Source: Anthoceros angustus | Taxonomy: Eukaryota; Plantae; Anthocerotophyta | Reading direction: 5' to 3' | Assembly (NCBI GenBank): GCA_010909165.1 | Contig: VJWM01000182.1 | Span: 186,001 to 250,000, forward strand | DNA length: 64,000 nucleotides | Made by a program: the position numbers and the translations under genes | Part shown: positions 9,816 to 23,460 of the stretch, in pieces | How positions within the stretch are numbered: position 1 is the first letter of the stretch | Layout: the number at the start of each line of letters is the position of its first letter | Notes under the pieces: generated by a model | Told to the model about the DNA's origin: nothing | What the model saw: only the letters and a program-made list of their open reading frames with translations | The model's database searches: none

Positions 9816-12408
9816 TGAGGCTGCGCTCCCACTGCTTCCTTGGAAGCATCGTAGTGATTTGTACTCCTGCAGCGGAGAGTGCTATGGATGTTTGCTTTTA
9901 CAAGACCGGTTGGGCAAGAGAGGAAGAAGCGATGGGTTGAGAGACTCTTCGAATCACTATCGGATGCCGCGTCAGTGAATCCTTCCGGTAAGCATTTCTG
10001 ATACTTTATACAGAATAAGCACATCGTATGTGTTCCTTTCAATATGTCGAACACACGCTTGGCGCAACCCGGTGGGCTTTTCAGTCGCTCGAGCGTGAGG
10101 CGGTGCTAACGGCATATTGGATATTTGGCCTGGTCCAGTTTGCAACAAATATGAGACGCCCGCAGTACCTATAGGGAATAAGACATGTCTTTGATCTCTC
10201 CCTCGGCTGCGGACCTTTGCTCCGGTAAGTGTGGGTAATTTTCTAAACAAGTGGTCACAAAGAGGCCACATTTACCCTCTTTATCGTTGTAGACTTGAGA
10301 TTCGTACCCAAGGGGTGATTTCGTGTCAAGACAACCAAAACATAGCCAATCCAACCAACACGGACACAAACATCTAGCGATTCTGAGACGAGCTACTATC
10401 CTAACAACACTCGCACTGTGGCTATCTTAGCCACGCGACCTGTTGCTACCTTAGCAGACAGCCGGTTGCTATCTTAGCAACCACCCTCTATTAGCAGGAG
10501 GGGACCACCTTGGGATCATGCACGCTATTAATAGAAGGTGGGACCCACTTGGGATCCAAGTGGATAAGGTGGACACCCTCTCTCTTATCCTTCCACAAAG
10601 TTAGATCCACCAATCGAGTTCGCTCATAACCCCCTTACTCTTGTAGCACTTCTTGATCTCTTTTCTTCCTCAACCTTTCAGCTCACCTTCCTCTTGACCT
10701 TGAGGACTCCTCTCTCTCTCCACTTGAGGTGCCTCTCGCTCCCACTCTCCAAGTTTCCCCAGCCCTCTTCAACTCTCCTTGTTCTCATACCTCACCCCAT
10801 TCAATCTCCACTTCCACTCACGGCTCTCTTCTTGACAACACAAACATCACTTACAGACTTCTCCTCCTTCTTACCTCTCAAACAGCCAATCAGCAACTCC
10901 ATGTCCAAAGATTCTCCACTTCTCAGTTCACTTTTCCTCTCATTTTCCACATACAAACACTCCTTGACTTCTCTTCCACACACAGGCTCCCGCCTTGTCT
11001 TCTTTTCTCCCACGACCTTGACACTGAAAACTCAAACACTGGTGAGTACTAGACAAGCTAGAGAATGAGTAAAGGATGGGCGACCTCCCGGCTTCACAAC
11101 CCCTTCCTCTTGACCTTGAGGAAGTCGCTCCCACTCTGCTTCCTTGGAAGCATCGTAAGTGATTTGTACTCCCCTGTGGAGGAGTGCTATGGATGTTTGC
11201 TTTTACAAGACCGGTTGGCTGAAGAGGAAGAAGCGATGGGTTGAGAGACTCTTCTGGAATCACTATCGGATGCCGTCGGTCGTCGTGAATCCTTCCGGTA
11301 AGCATTTTTACAGCTTTTGTAGAATAAGCACATCATATGTGTTCCTTTCAATATGTCGAACACACGCTTGGCGCAACCCGGTGGGCTTTTCAGTCGCTCG
11401 AGCGTGAGGCGGTGCTAACGGCATATTGGATATTTGGCCTGGTCCAGTTTGCAACAAATATGAGACTGCCCACAGCGTGCCTATAGGGAATAGCAGACAT
11501 GTCTTTGATCTCTCCCTCCGCGGACCTTTGCTCCGGTAAGTGTGGAGTAATTTTCTAAACCAAGTGGTCACAAAGAGGCCACATTTACCCTCTTTATCGT
11601 CGTAGACTTGAGATTCGTACCCAAGGGAGTGATTTCGTGTCAAGACAACATAGCCAATCCAACCAAAACACGGACACCAAAACATCTAGCGATTCTGAGA
11701 CGACTACTATCCTAACACTCGGACACATGGCTATCTTAGCCACGCGACCTATGCTACCTTAGCAGCGGCCGGTTGCTATCTTAGCAACCACCCTCTATTT
11801 CTAGCAGGGGTCCACCTTGGGATCAGTCGGCTATTAATAGAAGGTGGGACCCAGGGATCCAAGTGGATAAGGTGACACCCTCTCTCTCTCTCTTCCACAA
11901 AGTTAGATCCACCAATCGATTCGCTCATAACCCCCTTACTCTTGTAGCACTTCTTGAGACTTCCTCTCTCAGCCTTTCAGCTCACCTTCCAGCTCCATAC
12001 AGACCTCTCAGGCTCTCAGTCCCTTGAGGTGCCTCTCGCTCCCACTCTCCAAGTTTCCCCAGCTCTCTTCAACTCTCCTTGTTCTCACACCTCACGCCCA
12101 TTCAATCTCACTTCAGCTCACGGCTCTCTCTTGACAACACAAACATCACTGACTTCTCATCCTTCTTACCCTCTCAAACAGCCAATCGGCAACTCTCCAT
12201 GTCGGCATTCCCACTTCTCTCGTTCACTTTTCCTCTCATTTTCCACATACAAGCCCACAGCCTCCACTCACTTCCTCTTCCACACACACAGGCTCCCCGC
12301 CTTGTCTTCTTTTCTCACACGACCTTCGACACTCTGAAAACTCAAACACAAGGTGAGTACTAGACAAACTGCAGAGAATGAGTAAGGAGGGACCTCCCCG
12401 GCTTCACG
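9816..12408 (-). repeat. Tandemly duplicated ~1.29-kb Gypsy 3' LTR (9816-11098 and 11117-12408) separated by a PPT copy
   Basis: Two near-identical, indel-divergent units. Each is followed on the + strand by a C-rich stretch with CCCCTTCCTCTTGACC (reverse-complement PPT). Confidence 0.8.
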
Positions 12409-12439
12409 ACCCCCTTCCTCTTGACCTTGAGAACTCCCT

Positions 12440-14390
12440 CCAAGGAGACCACAAGGCTCCCTCCTTGCTTTCCACCACTCTTGCGGATCGGTCCACAGAT
12501 CTGGGCAACAGTAGTCTTCTCGGCTCCTCCTGTGACGGAGAGCGTTCTAGACTTCGGATCTGGTACAAACCCGTGCTCACCCCAAACACCGAGACTTAGG
12601 CCAACATTGCTTACATTTCATCAGAGCCTCTTATACCCAAGATCACCACAAAAGCGGCTTGGGCGCTTGCCAAAAATACCAATCGGTCTTAGCCTACCAA
12701 TCCTAGAGGCCTATCTCTTAATTACATCCACTATGAGAGGATAAGATTTGATCTATAACACATGGGCCTTTAGCTATTTATTACTTACCCTATTACCTCT
12801 CACAGGCCTCCTAGGCCTAGCCCCATGTTCTCCTCTTGCTCTCCTCCCTCTTGGTGGTTGGGCAATCTCTCCCATAAAATCTCTACCTCCTCAGTGGACT
12901 CCTCTCTCTCTTGTGCTCGCGCATGCAGTACTCCTCCTCGGTGAGCTCTTGAATCTGGATGGGTCGGTGAGAGTTTCCTCCTTAAGAATCCAACCCATAG
13001 GTAGGATCCGGTGCCGTCAAGGCATGGATCAAGTACCTCCATGTCCCCCACATGCCCACAACAACATAAACTTTCGGAGACAATCTTCTCTCACCAAGGA
13101 GACCACAAGGCTCCCTTGCTTTCCACCACTCTTGCGGATCCGCCACAGATCTGGGCAACAGTAGTCTTCTCCTCCCGTGAGGGAACAGTGCCTAGACTTA
13201 CAAAGACTGGATCCGAACCCCCAAACCCGTGCTCACCCCAAACACCGAGACTTAGGCCAACATTGCTTACATTTCATCAAGAGGTGCCCTTATACCCAAG
13301 ATCACCAAAAAGCGCTTGCCACAAAATACCAATCGGCCTTAGCCTACCAATCCTAGAGGCCTATCTAATTTCCACTATGAGGAGGATAAGAGATCTATAA
13401 CACATGGGCCTTTAGCTATTTCAGGCCACTTACCCTATTACCTCTGGGCCTCCTAGGCCGCCTAGCCCCATGTTCTCCTCTTGCTCTCCTCCCTCTTGGT
13501 TGGGCAATCTCTCCCATAAAATCTCCACCTCCTCAGCTGGACTCCTCTCTCTTGTGCTCGCAGATAGTCCTACTCCTCCTGAGCTCTTGAATCTGGATGG
13601 GTCGGCCGAGAGTTTCCTCCTAAGAATCCAACCCATAGGTAGGATCCAGTGCCGTCAAGGCATGGATCAAGTACCTCCATGTCCCCCACATGCCCACAAC
13701 AACATAAACTTTCGGAGACAATCTTCTCTCACCAAGGAGACCACAAGGCTCCCTTGCTTTCCACCACTCTTGCGGATCCGCCACAGATCTGGGCAACAGT
13801 AGTCTTCTCCTCCCGTGAGGGAACAGTGCCTAGCTTACAAAGACTGGATCCGAACCCCCAAACCCGTGCTCACCCCAAACACCGAGACTTAGGCCAACAT
13901 TGCTTACATTTCATCAAGAGGTGCCCTTATACCCAAGATCACCAAAAAGCGCTTGCCACAAAATACCAATCGGCCTTAGCCTACCAATCCTAGAGGCCTA
14001 TCTAATTTCCACTATGAGGAGGATAAGAGATCTATAACACATGGGCCTTTAGCTATTCAGGCCACTTACCCTATTACCTCTGGGCCTCCTAGGCCGCCTA
14101 GCCCCATGTTCTCCTCTTGCTCTCCTCCCTCTTGGTTGGGCAATCTCTCCCATAAAATCTCCACCTCCTCAGCTGGACTCCTCTCTCTTGTGCTCGCAGA
14201 TAGTCCTACTCCTCCTGAGCTCTTGAATCTGGATGGGTCGGCCGAGAGTTTCCTCCTAAGAATCCAACCCATAGGTAGGATCCAGTGCCGTCAAGGCATG
14301 GATCAAGTACCTCCATGTCCCCTGTGCCCACAACAACATAAACTTTCGGAGACAATCTTCTCTCACCAAGGAGAATCCGGGCACATGGTT
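12440..14390. repeat. ~640-bp tandem repeat, three units plus a partial, in the Gypsy 3' UTR
   Basis: CAAGGAGACCACAAGGCTCCCT recurs at ~12445, ~13095 and ~13733, with a partial copy at ~14366. Confidence 0.9.
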
Positions 14391-14399
14391 ATCTTGATA

Positions 14400-17000
14400 A
14401 GCATCCTCAATCTAATGCACCATTGGGAAGTTAGACTTCTTAGGCGGTGCTTACCGCTCCCCAGCTGTTGTCCTCCTCCGGTCTTGCCCCTTCTTCCTTG
14501 TTGTAGCTGGTCTTGGAGCTGTTGCTCCCTTAGCAGTGCAGGTGCTTCCTTAGCGCGGCTTGGCGGTTGCTTAGCAACCTCCTCGGTTTGCTAACTCGAG
14601 ATTCTTCCATGGAGGCTCGCATCTTCCACGGTGGCTCTCCTTGCAATCCACAGCCCTCTTGGCCTCTTTCCAACCTTTCCTTGCCTCGTCCCTCTCCTTC
14701 TTGTGGCGCCCGTAGGCATCCAGTTTCGGCTTGCATCGAGATGACGTGCGGCTCCCCTATGGTGCTTTGTGCGTCAGGAGGCTGAACCATGAGGTTTCTG
14801 ATCCTTGGTCTTGCTGCAACTCTTCTCGGACCTTCCTTAATTTCCTTCCATGCTACCTAGGCGTCCCTCAAGACCTCCTTCTCCCTTTCATTCCTGGAGC
14901 TCCTTGTTGCTCCCCTGTTGCTTCCCTGCTTTGTAAACCTAACAAAGAGGAGGACGAGCTATCGGTCCTCCATCTCACCCTAGTGCGTGCCATAGCCGAG
15001 ACTCTTGCGGTGATGTTAGGCCCCAAACCTTCTGGGGATGGGTTCCCTCCTTCCTATCGCATGGGGCTCTCCCTGCGACCACTTGGGGTATACTTGAGGT
15101 CACCCTTGAGCAGTGGTGACTTTCTCGGATCGGCTCGGTGCCCAAGGTTGGTGATTCCTCCTGTTGACTGTGGCTTCCCGGCCACGGGCTCTGAGCCCAG
15201 TCTTTGCTCAGCCTTTCCTTTGTCACCTTGCATCCGGGTGAGCTCCCGGTCGTGCTCTTGTGGCTCTAGGAGTGGTTGGAGTCCCTGTTGCTCGGCGACC
15301 TCTCTTGGTGCTGTTGGGGTCTTAGCAACTCCGGTTGCTTTGTTAACCATGGTGATGCCTTAGCCCACATTCCTCTTCATGGACACTTGGACTTCTCATC
15401 TTCACTCCCGGTGCCACGGAGATGGCCTCTTCCTCGACTCCTCTTTGGGCTTCCTTCTTTCAAACACGGCCTCCGGGCATGGAAAGGTGAGACCATCTCT
15501 ATCCCCTCCGGCAACTTGGCATGGTCAAAAGTGGATTAAGAAGGGAGATAGAGGCGAGGGGCTGGGTGATGGTAGGGTCAAGTGGTCCCTCTCCGCATCT
15601 TTGTGTCATAGAACATCCTGGCCCAATCTATCTTGGACCCTCTCACCACCTCATAGAAAGACAAGAAAATGGTCGACAATGTGCTCTAGCTTCTTAGTGA
15701 GTGAGAGCAGGATCCTGGCTAATCCGGCCACTCGGGGTCTAACTTGTTGGTGACCCAGCCATTCTCCACCCTAGACAATGTGGGAGCAATGGCTTGTGCC
15801 TCCTGCGACTTTTGGGGAGATGGCTTCGAAAGGATCAATGATTATTCCACCACATTCCTCTTGGCCTCTCATAGACACTGGAACAATGAATATTCCAGTG
15901 CGGGGTTGGTTCTCGTGTTGCCTTCCCTGGCCTTCTCCCTCATGTGTCTGCATTCCGAACCAACTACAGGCTCTTGTAGCACCACTTTTGTCCATGAAGG
16001 ACAAGTGATGCTTAGCCACCAAGACCCTTCACTCTCCGATTGCCCCATGTTGGGCCATTGGGCGATGTGTGGCCTCAATGGCCACGGAGTGTTCTTCTTA
16101 GGTCCCATGCTCCTTGTCTGTGAGCCTAGAGCTGAGCAAGTGTCCGGCTACACCGCCAGCACCACTTCCCCACTTCACCTCTTGGGTGTCGCCTTTCGGT
16201 CGACTCCTCACTGAAATTTCTTCTTAGCCACAGGCTGTTGAAGGATCCCCTGGAGTAGCACTCGGCTCCTCGTACCCATCTCCACGGTGGCGAGGTGCGA
16301 TTTTCTCTGGAATCCACAATCCCTCACATCACAGTGTCTTGCCTTGCCCCTCGGCTTGGTATCTCCGTGTCCCCACGACACGCGTCCACCGTCGACCTCC
16401 CGACCTACGCCGTCGGCACCCACAGGAATTGGAACCCCTCGATCCTATGTCAACACTGCTCCACTCAAGCCAATTCACGCCTTCCTACCTCAAATATGTG
16501 AGTGCGAAGTGTATCCTGCAACCATGGTTGAGCGGTGACCCCACAGTGCGCCGTCTTTGCGGCTCCCTTAGGGTGCGTGCCACCAATTGCACCTACCGTG
16601 CACGCCCCTCTTTCCTGCGGCAATTCCTCGGCCCCTCACTTCACCCCTCGCCTCTCCTCGATTTTCTTGCGGTACCGGTAGCCGCCGGCCTTCTCGGGGC
16701 CGGATTATTCCACACCATTGTTGGGCGATTCTGAGCGCCCCAACTGCTTCGATTCTCCCGCCATCCGCGCCCCGGAGCTTCCTCATCCCGTTCGCGCCTC
16801 GGCTCCTCTCTGTGTAGCCACAGGATCTCCTCGGCCTCGCTTCTACCGCTTCGATCCGCGCATCCCGGACACGCCCATCGATTCGGCCTTCTTGCGCTCG
16901 TCGTTGCCTCCGACTCCTGCCGCCCTTGTGTGTTTCGCTCCGGTCTCGTCACGGTCACGCTCGAGCTTGAGTGTGGCTCGATGCCGGGTTCGCGCAAATA
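14400..17000 (-). pseudogene. Degenerate accessory ORF downstream of Gypsy integrase
   Basis: Fragmented frames including GSKIDWARMFYDT (~15601-15640) and a charged, coiled-coil-like C-terminal part. It is on the same strand as pol. Confidence 0.45.
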
Positions 17001-17329
17001 TTCCTCCCCGCTGGACTTAATTGCTACTAGGACCCCCGTTACTTCCTTGTATTTCCAATGATTTCGCTCAATTGGTTTCCGATTTATCGGAAAATAACTC
17101 CGACTTGGTTGCTACCATAGCAGGCTCCCGTCGGTTCTTGTCATAACAGTCCTGTTAGCGCTAGCCGTTGACGACCAACCCTCAAGGTTACATCCGGGAT
17201 CGGGGACTAGACTCTCTTCCTCCTACTAGGCTCTAGTAGACTTTTCTTATTTCCTAACCTACTTCACATTCCAACTCCACACGATTCTCACAACTTAAAC
17301 ACAAAACAAAAACACTCCTTTTGAGGTCA

Positions 17330-18500
17330 GTACCCATGTGGTCACCACATACTCCCTTCTCATTTGTTGGCGTCCCAACTTATTAATAATACTTCTTCAC
17401 GCGCCAACCATTGACCAGTTGTAGCGAGTCCATCAAGTTCTTTGCGGTTATGGATCCATTGTCGAACACTTGCAGACCAGTAGGGACCCATCCATCTAAG
17501 ATGCGACTTCGAAGTGCATGTACTGTTGTCACAAAGAACGCCAAGTCCCGGAACAACGTACTCTTGTTTTTGCAACTTAGGTCATGCCATTCCTTCCTCT
17601 CTCTTGGGCGTTACATGGGGAGGCTTGTTCCCTGTCTCCATGTCTTTGAACAAAGCCTATGAGCCTCTCCAAGCGGCTCTCCTCCACCGTCATCCTCTTA
17701 TGCTCTTGGACTCTCAGCGTTGGCACTTCAAACTCAATGGGCATGGTGGTGAGTGCCCATAGGTGAGGTAGTAGGGGATTGTGTGGTCACCTTCTCCATC
17801 TGTCGCCCCTGTGAAGCTTCGGTCCCAATCGTAAGTGTAAGTGATGGTTAACTTGTTGAGGATCACTGAAGCAATCCATTAGCTTTCTCGTGAGTCCATT
17901 CGCCTTGGGGTTGTAGGGGTGGTCTTCCTGTGGCTGATGTTGAAGTACTTCACCATGTGTGAGATCACCTCGTTGATGAAATGGGTACCCACTGGCTAAC
18001 CCAATTCCAGCACAGTACCTTGATGATATGCTCAAACAAGAACACGGCCACCACATTTCTGTGTCCACGGGCAAGGCTTGAGCTTCCACCATGCGTCAGT
18101 GGTCCGTTGCTACGAATATATTGATTCGGCTCCCTTGGTCTTGGGTGAATCGGAAGTCAATCCCCACTTCTCAAAGGCGCCAAGGCTAGGATAGGGACCA
18201 ATGGCCCTTTGTGGTCTGGTTGGCTTCCCAACCCTTTGACATGCATCCTGGCAGCAGTGAACTCCCTAGCATCGTGCAAGGTTGGCCACCAATACCACCT
18301 CCAAGATCTTCTTACAGTCACGTTGGTAGCGTAGTGACCTCCAGCCTCCTCCTCATGCAAGGCGCTGAGAACCCGGTCCTTTTGACCATCCTTTACCCAC
18401 AACCTCTCAACTCCATCTGGCCCTACCACATCGGCTTGTCTCGCAGCAGTGCAGAAGTATAGGAACAACCTCTGCTTCTTTGTTGCGGTGTTGGTATCGA
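17330..18500 (-). pseudogene. Gypsy integrase (second element, frameshifted)
   Basis: LHEEEAGGHYA...WYWWPTLH zinc region; PILALAPFEKWG; EAQALP; PYNPKANG; WMGPY C-terminal motif. Confidence 0.85.
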
Positions 18501-20130
18501 CACATTGCTAAAAGCGAAAGACCTCCTCATAGGCTGGCCTGCAAAACTTCTCCCTCCCTTCTCATTTGGTCTTTGTACCTCCGTTTCCGATCAACTTGGC
18601 ATTGGGCCTAGCACTCTCCTCATCCTCCTCCGGGCTTCATCCGGAAAATGATCTTCTTGATCATGCCCCACCTTCCCCGTCTTCAAGCGAGACAAGTAGT
18701 CAGCGTTCACATGCTTCCTCCCCTCACGTGTCTCCACCGTGAAGGTGAACTCTTGCAACAGTAAGATCCAACGAGCTATGCGACCGGATAGATCCGCCTT
18801 GTTGACAAGATGCTTGAGAGCAAAATGGTCAACATGAAACACAAACTCATAGGAGAGGAGATAATGACGAAACTTTCTTCTTGAATACACCATGCAAGGG
18901 CGAGAACCCGGTCCTTTTGACCATCCTTGACCCACAACCTCTCAACTCCATCGGCTACCTACAGCCAGCTCTCCGCTTAACAGTGCGGAGAAGTATAGGA
19001 ACAACCTCCATTCTTTGTTGTGGGATGCATTGGTATCGACGTTGCTAAAAGCGAAAGACCTCCTCATAGGCTGCAAAACTTCTCCTCCCTTCTCATTTGG
19101 TCTTTGTACCTCCGTTTCCGATCAACTTGGCATTGGGCCTAGCACTCTCCTCATCCTCCTCCGGCAAAGCTTCATCCGGAAAATGATCTTCTTGATCATG
19201 CTCCACCTTCTCCGTCTTCAAGCGAGACAAGTAGTCGGCGTTCACATGCTTCCTCCCCTCACGTGTCTCCACCGTGAAGGTGAACTCTTACCGCAAGATC
19301 CAGCAGCTATCGACCGGAGATCCGCCTTGTTGACAAGATGCTTGAGAGCAAAATGGTCAACATGGAACACAAACTCATAGGAGAGGAGATAATGGCGAAA
19401 CTTTCTTCTTGAATACACCATGCAAGGGCGAGAACCCGGTCCTTTTGACCATCCTTGACCCACAACCTCTCAACTCCATCGGCTACCTACAGCCAGCTCT
19501 CCGCTTAACAGTGCGGAGAAGTATAGGAACAACCTCCATTCTTTGTTGTGGGATGCATTGGTATCGACGTTGCTAAAAGCGAAAGACCTCCTCATAGGCT
19601 GCAAACTTCTCCTCCCTTCTCATTTGGTCTTTGTACCTCCGTTTCCGATCAACTTGGCATTGGGCCTAGCACTCTCCTCATCCTCCTCCGGCAAAGCTTC
19701 CAGGAAAATGATCTTCTTGATCATGCTCCACCTTCTCCGTCTTCAAGCGAGACAAGTAGTCGGCGTTCACATGCTTCCTCCCCTCACGTGTCTCCACCGT
19801 GAAGGTGAACTCTTACCGCAAGATCCAGCAGCTATCGACCGGAGATCCGCCTTGTTGACAAGATGCTTGAGAGCAAAATGGTCAACATGGAACACAAACT
19901 CATAGGAGAGGAGATAATGGCGAAACTTTCTTCTTGAATACACCATCCCAAGGGCTTCCCTTTCGATTGTTGTGTACTTGCGCTCCGCATCGGTGAGTTG
20001 TCCGCGTAGTAGATCGGGTAGTCCCTCTTCTTGTTATCCGGCTCAAGGCGTACCAATGGCGGCGGAAACATCCACGTAAACATGGAAACACAAACTCATA
20101 GGAGAGGAGATAATGACGAAACTTTCATCG
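18450..20130 (-). repeat. ~530-bp RNase H/connection segment repeated three times plus a partial copy
   Basis: YSRRKFRHYLLSYEFVFHV-encoding block recurs at ~18840, ~19370, ~19890 and ~20090. Confidence 0.9.
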
Positions 20131-21320
20131 AATACACCATCCCAAGGGCTTCCCTTTCGATTGTTGTGTACTTGCGCTCCGTGAGGTGAGTTGCCGCCCG
20201 TAGTAGATCGGGTAGTCTCTTCTTGTTATCCGGCTCAAGACCCACTCCAATGGCGGAAACATCCACGTAAACATGAAACTTCTTGCTCCAATCCGGTCCC
20301 TTGAGGGTTGGAAATTACCAACGTGGTCCTCAAATCTTGAAATCTGCCTCCCTCTCAGGTCCACTCTTGGTCCTTCCTCAACAAGCTGGTCGTGAGCAGC
20401 CCTCCTAGCAAAGTTAGGCACAAAGCGTCGGTAGTAGCCCACCATGCCAAGGAACCCCGGAGTTCCTTGAGAGTTGTTGGCTTCGGGCAACAATCATCTT
20501 CACCTTATGCGGATCAACTTGATGCCTCGTCTTTGAAATTGCATGCAACAAAATCCCTCCGCATGCCAAAGTAGCATTTCTCGGGATGTAGGCAAAGTTG
20601 AGTTTCACGACACCTCGCCAAGCACCGCCAAGTGATCCGGTGCTCCTCCACACTCCCAAACACACAAAATCATCTAGGAATACCTCCATGAACTTGTGGA
20701 GATACTCCTTGAAGATCTCAACCATGCTCGCATGAAGGAACCCCGGCCCAATCCGACGCACTCCTCTTGTATGCGAAGGTCCCCAATCCGTTGTGAAGGG
20801 TAGAGGCGTCACTCTCCCTCAAGTGCACGATTGTACCCAGTGCAGGTCAGAGCAGTACACATCTTCCGACCACCAAATCCGAGGATGTTGTCGATGAATG
20901 GCGGAGGAAATGGTCCTTCTTGGTTGCTTTGTTGAGCTTCCTCGGTCTTGGCATACTCGAATCTTTCGGTCGCTTCGGAACCACAACGATCGGAGCCACC
21001 CACTCCGACGATTGGATAGATGACGCCCGCCTTCAAGTACAATTCAAGCTGCTCCTTCACCTTCGGTGAGTACTTTGGGTTCAGCTTGTATTGGGGACAG
21101 ACGGAGTCGCTCCGGCTCCAAATCGATCCTATGCTCCCCACTTCTTGGGAATCCCCTTCATATCTGTCACCTCGAAGGCAAACACGCCGATGAACAAGGA
21201 GTCGTTTCATTCCTTCTTCCAACGCTGGTTCCACGTGCAAACTTCAAAGACCTTCCTGTGCAATACCTCCACATCCTTAATCTCGTCCGCTTGTACCCAT
21301 TCTCGCCTCCGCGAATTGCT
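20130..21320 (-). pseudogene. Gypsy reverse transcriptase (second element, frameshifted)
   Basis: FLDD active-site motif, FLGMVGYYRRFVPNFA, GHQVDPHKVK-like segment. Confidence 0.88.
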
Positions 21321-23460
21321 GAAGTCCCGAGGTAAGCTAGCCCACAAGAGCATGCGAGTCATTGAGAGCAAAGTCTCGATTTTACGCCAAAGAACTCCGC
21401 CTGTTGGGTGAAGTACCATCATGCGCCTGGATTCCATGCTCCGGAGAAATGCGTCGGCGGTGTTCACAAACCCGCACCATTATCCGTATAAGTACCTTGA
21501 GGAGACAAATTTCGGATCGCCTCGCACTACGTAACCATTCTAAATAGCCTAGAGTGTCACTCTAAGATGCATAGGATAAGTCCACGAATATCTGCTGAAG
21601 TCATCATAATTGTTAGATAATAGAGGCACCACCCGCTGAGGGCTGGTGAATTTTTCCGAGATATCGCATGGACTAACTCCAATGCACTGCTCTATGTGCA
21701 TTCTTCTAAACGGAGCTCCTGCCGCTCGAGAATACAAGACTCATAAACGGAAGATCCTTAAGCGGGATGGCAAGGGTTCTGGCGTGAAAGCTTGGACATG
21801 TCTATGAGCTTGTGCCGATTAGCATGCCCTAAACGCCAAGATGTTACATTCAAAGAGCTGGCTGAACACACACCGACAAAGAAGCCCCAGATATCATGCT
21901 CCGACTTTTTGAAGACACAGATTGTTGGATGGCCCACCTTGTAGAAGCAGCCTCACTATCAACCCGCATCTCATATAGGCGATCGCATGAGTTTGCTCAA
22001 CGACAACAGTTCTTGGCCATATCTCGGGACAAAAGTACACCATGGATCATGAGGGTCGAACCATCATCAAGGAGGAAAGTACAGTGCCATGACCTCAACT
22101 CGCAGTTAGTATCACTCCGCTCATCCCCAAGCAACACCTTGTCTTTCATGTTACATAATGTTAAAGTTGAAAAAAGGTGCTTGTCATTGCAGATGTGTGT
22201 GGTAGCACGAGTCCAGTACCAACATCCAGCATCATGCTCCCCACTCCCTTGAAGACACAGATTGTTGGATGGCCCACCTTGTAGAAGCAGCAGCCTCACT
22301 ATCAACCCGCATCTCATATAGGCATCGCATGAGTTTGCTCAACGACAATGTTCTTGGCCATATCTCGGGACAAAAGTACACCATGGATCATGAGGGTCGA
22401 ACCATCATCAAGGAGGAAAGCATGTGTGCCATGACCTCAACTCGCAGTTAGTATCACTCCGCTCATCCCCAAGCAACACCTTGTCTTTCATGTTACATAA
22501 TGTTAAAGTTGAAAAAAGGTGCTTGTCATTGCATGTGTGGTAGCACCGAGTCCAGTACCAACATCCAAAGATCATGCAAAGAGCTTGCGAGGCAAGCGGT
22601 AAGAATCTTTCATGCCTTTGGGGCTTTCTCCCTTTTCCTTGGCGCGTGTGCTTGCTTTGAGACTTTACGTGGGTCGGCCTTCTTCTTAGGCACTCCACGA
22701 GCCCAATGGCCAGCCACACCACACCGTTGCAATTCCAGTTCGCTTGAGGAGAGGCGACGGAAGATGAATCTGCTCGACCTCCGACTTGCCTTCCGGTGCT
22801 TTACGGGTCCGAAATTTTAAGAAGGACTTTGTCACCTTTGGTTTTATGTCCTCTGCGAGTTAATACGGCCTTCTTCACGAAGCAGGCACCGATGATCTCC
22901 TCTACTGTGATGGAGGGAGGAGCACCTGCCTTCTGAGTCCGGATAGGGGCATTGAAGCTACTGATAAAGGTTTGATATGAGGGTGGCAGGGAGGTTAACA
23001 ACTGTGCTGCTACCTCAACTTCATCAGTGGTGGATCCAAAAGCCTTCATTTGGGCTCGCAGCTGCCTAAATTTTGTGACATGAGGAGCAACCCTCTCACC
23101 TTCACGCAAACGAAGTGAGTAGAATTCCATGCGCACATCATTGTAAGCATGCATGTTTTGGACATCATATGTGGCTACGAGTTGATCCCAAATTCCCTTC
23201 CCAGTAGTGTGGTACTCCACATCGGTCAGGACTTCATCTAGACCATGGACTATCACTAGCGCTATGGAATTTAACCGATTCCATTTTCTATATCGGTGCA
23301 GAAGGAGGCGGGGTGGCATTGGGATCAGGTTTTGCAAATGTCCCATCTACCACTTCCCATACCCCTCTGCCAATCAAGGTGGTTTTCATGCGGACCTTCC
23401 AGACGAAACTTGGTCCCATTAAACCGATCCTTCTCCTTTAATTGAGGTATATGTGGGATT
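21320..23460 (-). pseudogene. Copia Gag-protease-integrase (frameshifted; integrase cut at ~21320)
   Basis: KDRFNGTKFRLWKVRMKTTL N-terminus, UBN2-type Gag (22801..23346), CGVAGHWARE knuckle, VLDS/ATTHICNDKHLFS protease, RLGHANR zinc finger, DDFSRYSWTYP and TDNG integrase core. Confidence 0.9.

Larger units (their letters stand above)
9816..21320 (-). mobile_element. Non-chromovirus Ty3/Gypsy element (Athila/Tat/Phygy-like), lacking 5' LTR, gag and protease
   Basis: RT with KLNPKYSPKVKEQL, PFPPPFIDNIL and EIFKEYLHKFMEVFLDDF; RNase H with KFRHYLLSYEFVFHVDH; integrase with ALAPFEKWG and PYNPKANG; PPT and 3' LTR at the left end. Confidence 0.88.

Noticed and set aside
12440-14390. CRISPR-like or satellite array
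   Set aside because: The units are long and contiguous with no unique spacers, and the context is a eukaryotic retroelement UTR.
10694-14594. Ser/Leu/Pro-rich ORFs in the LTR and ~640-bp repeats
   Set aside because: They are by-products of CT-rich repeat composition and their frames differ between repeat copies.
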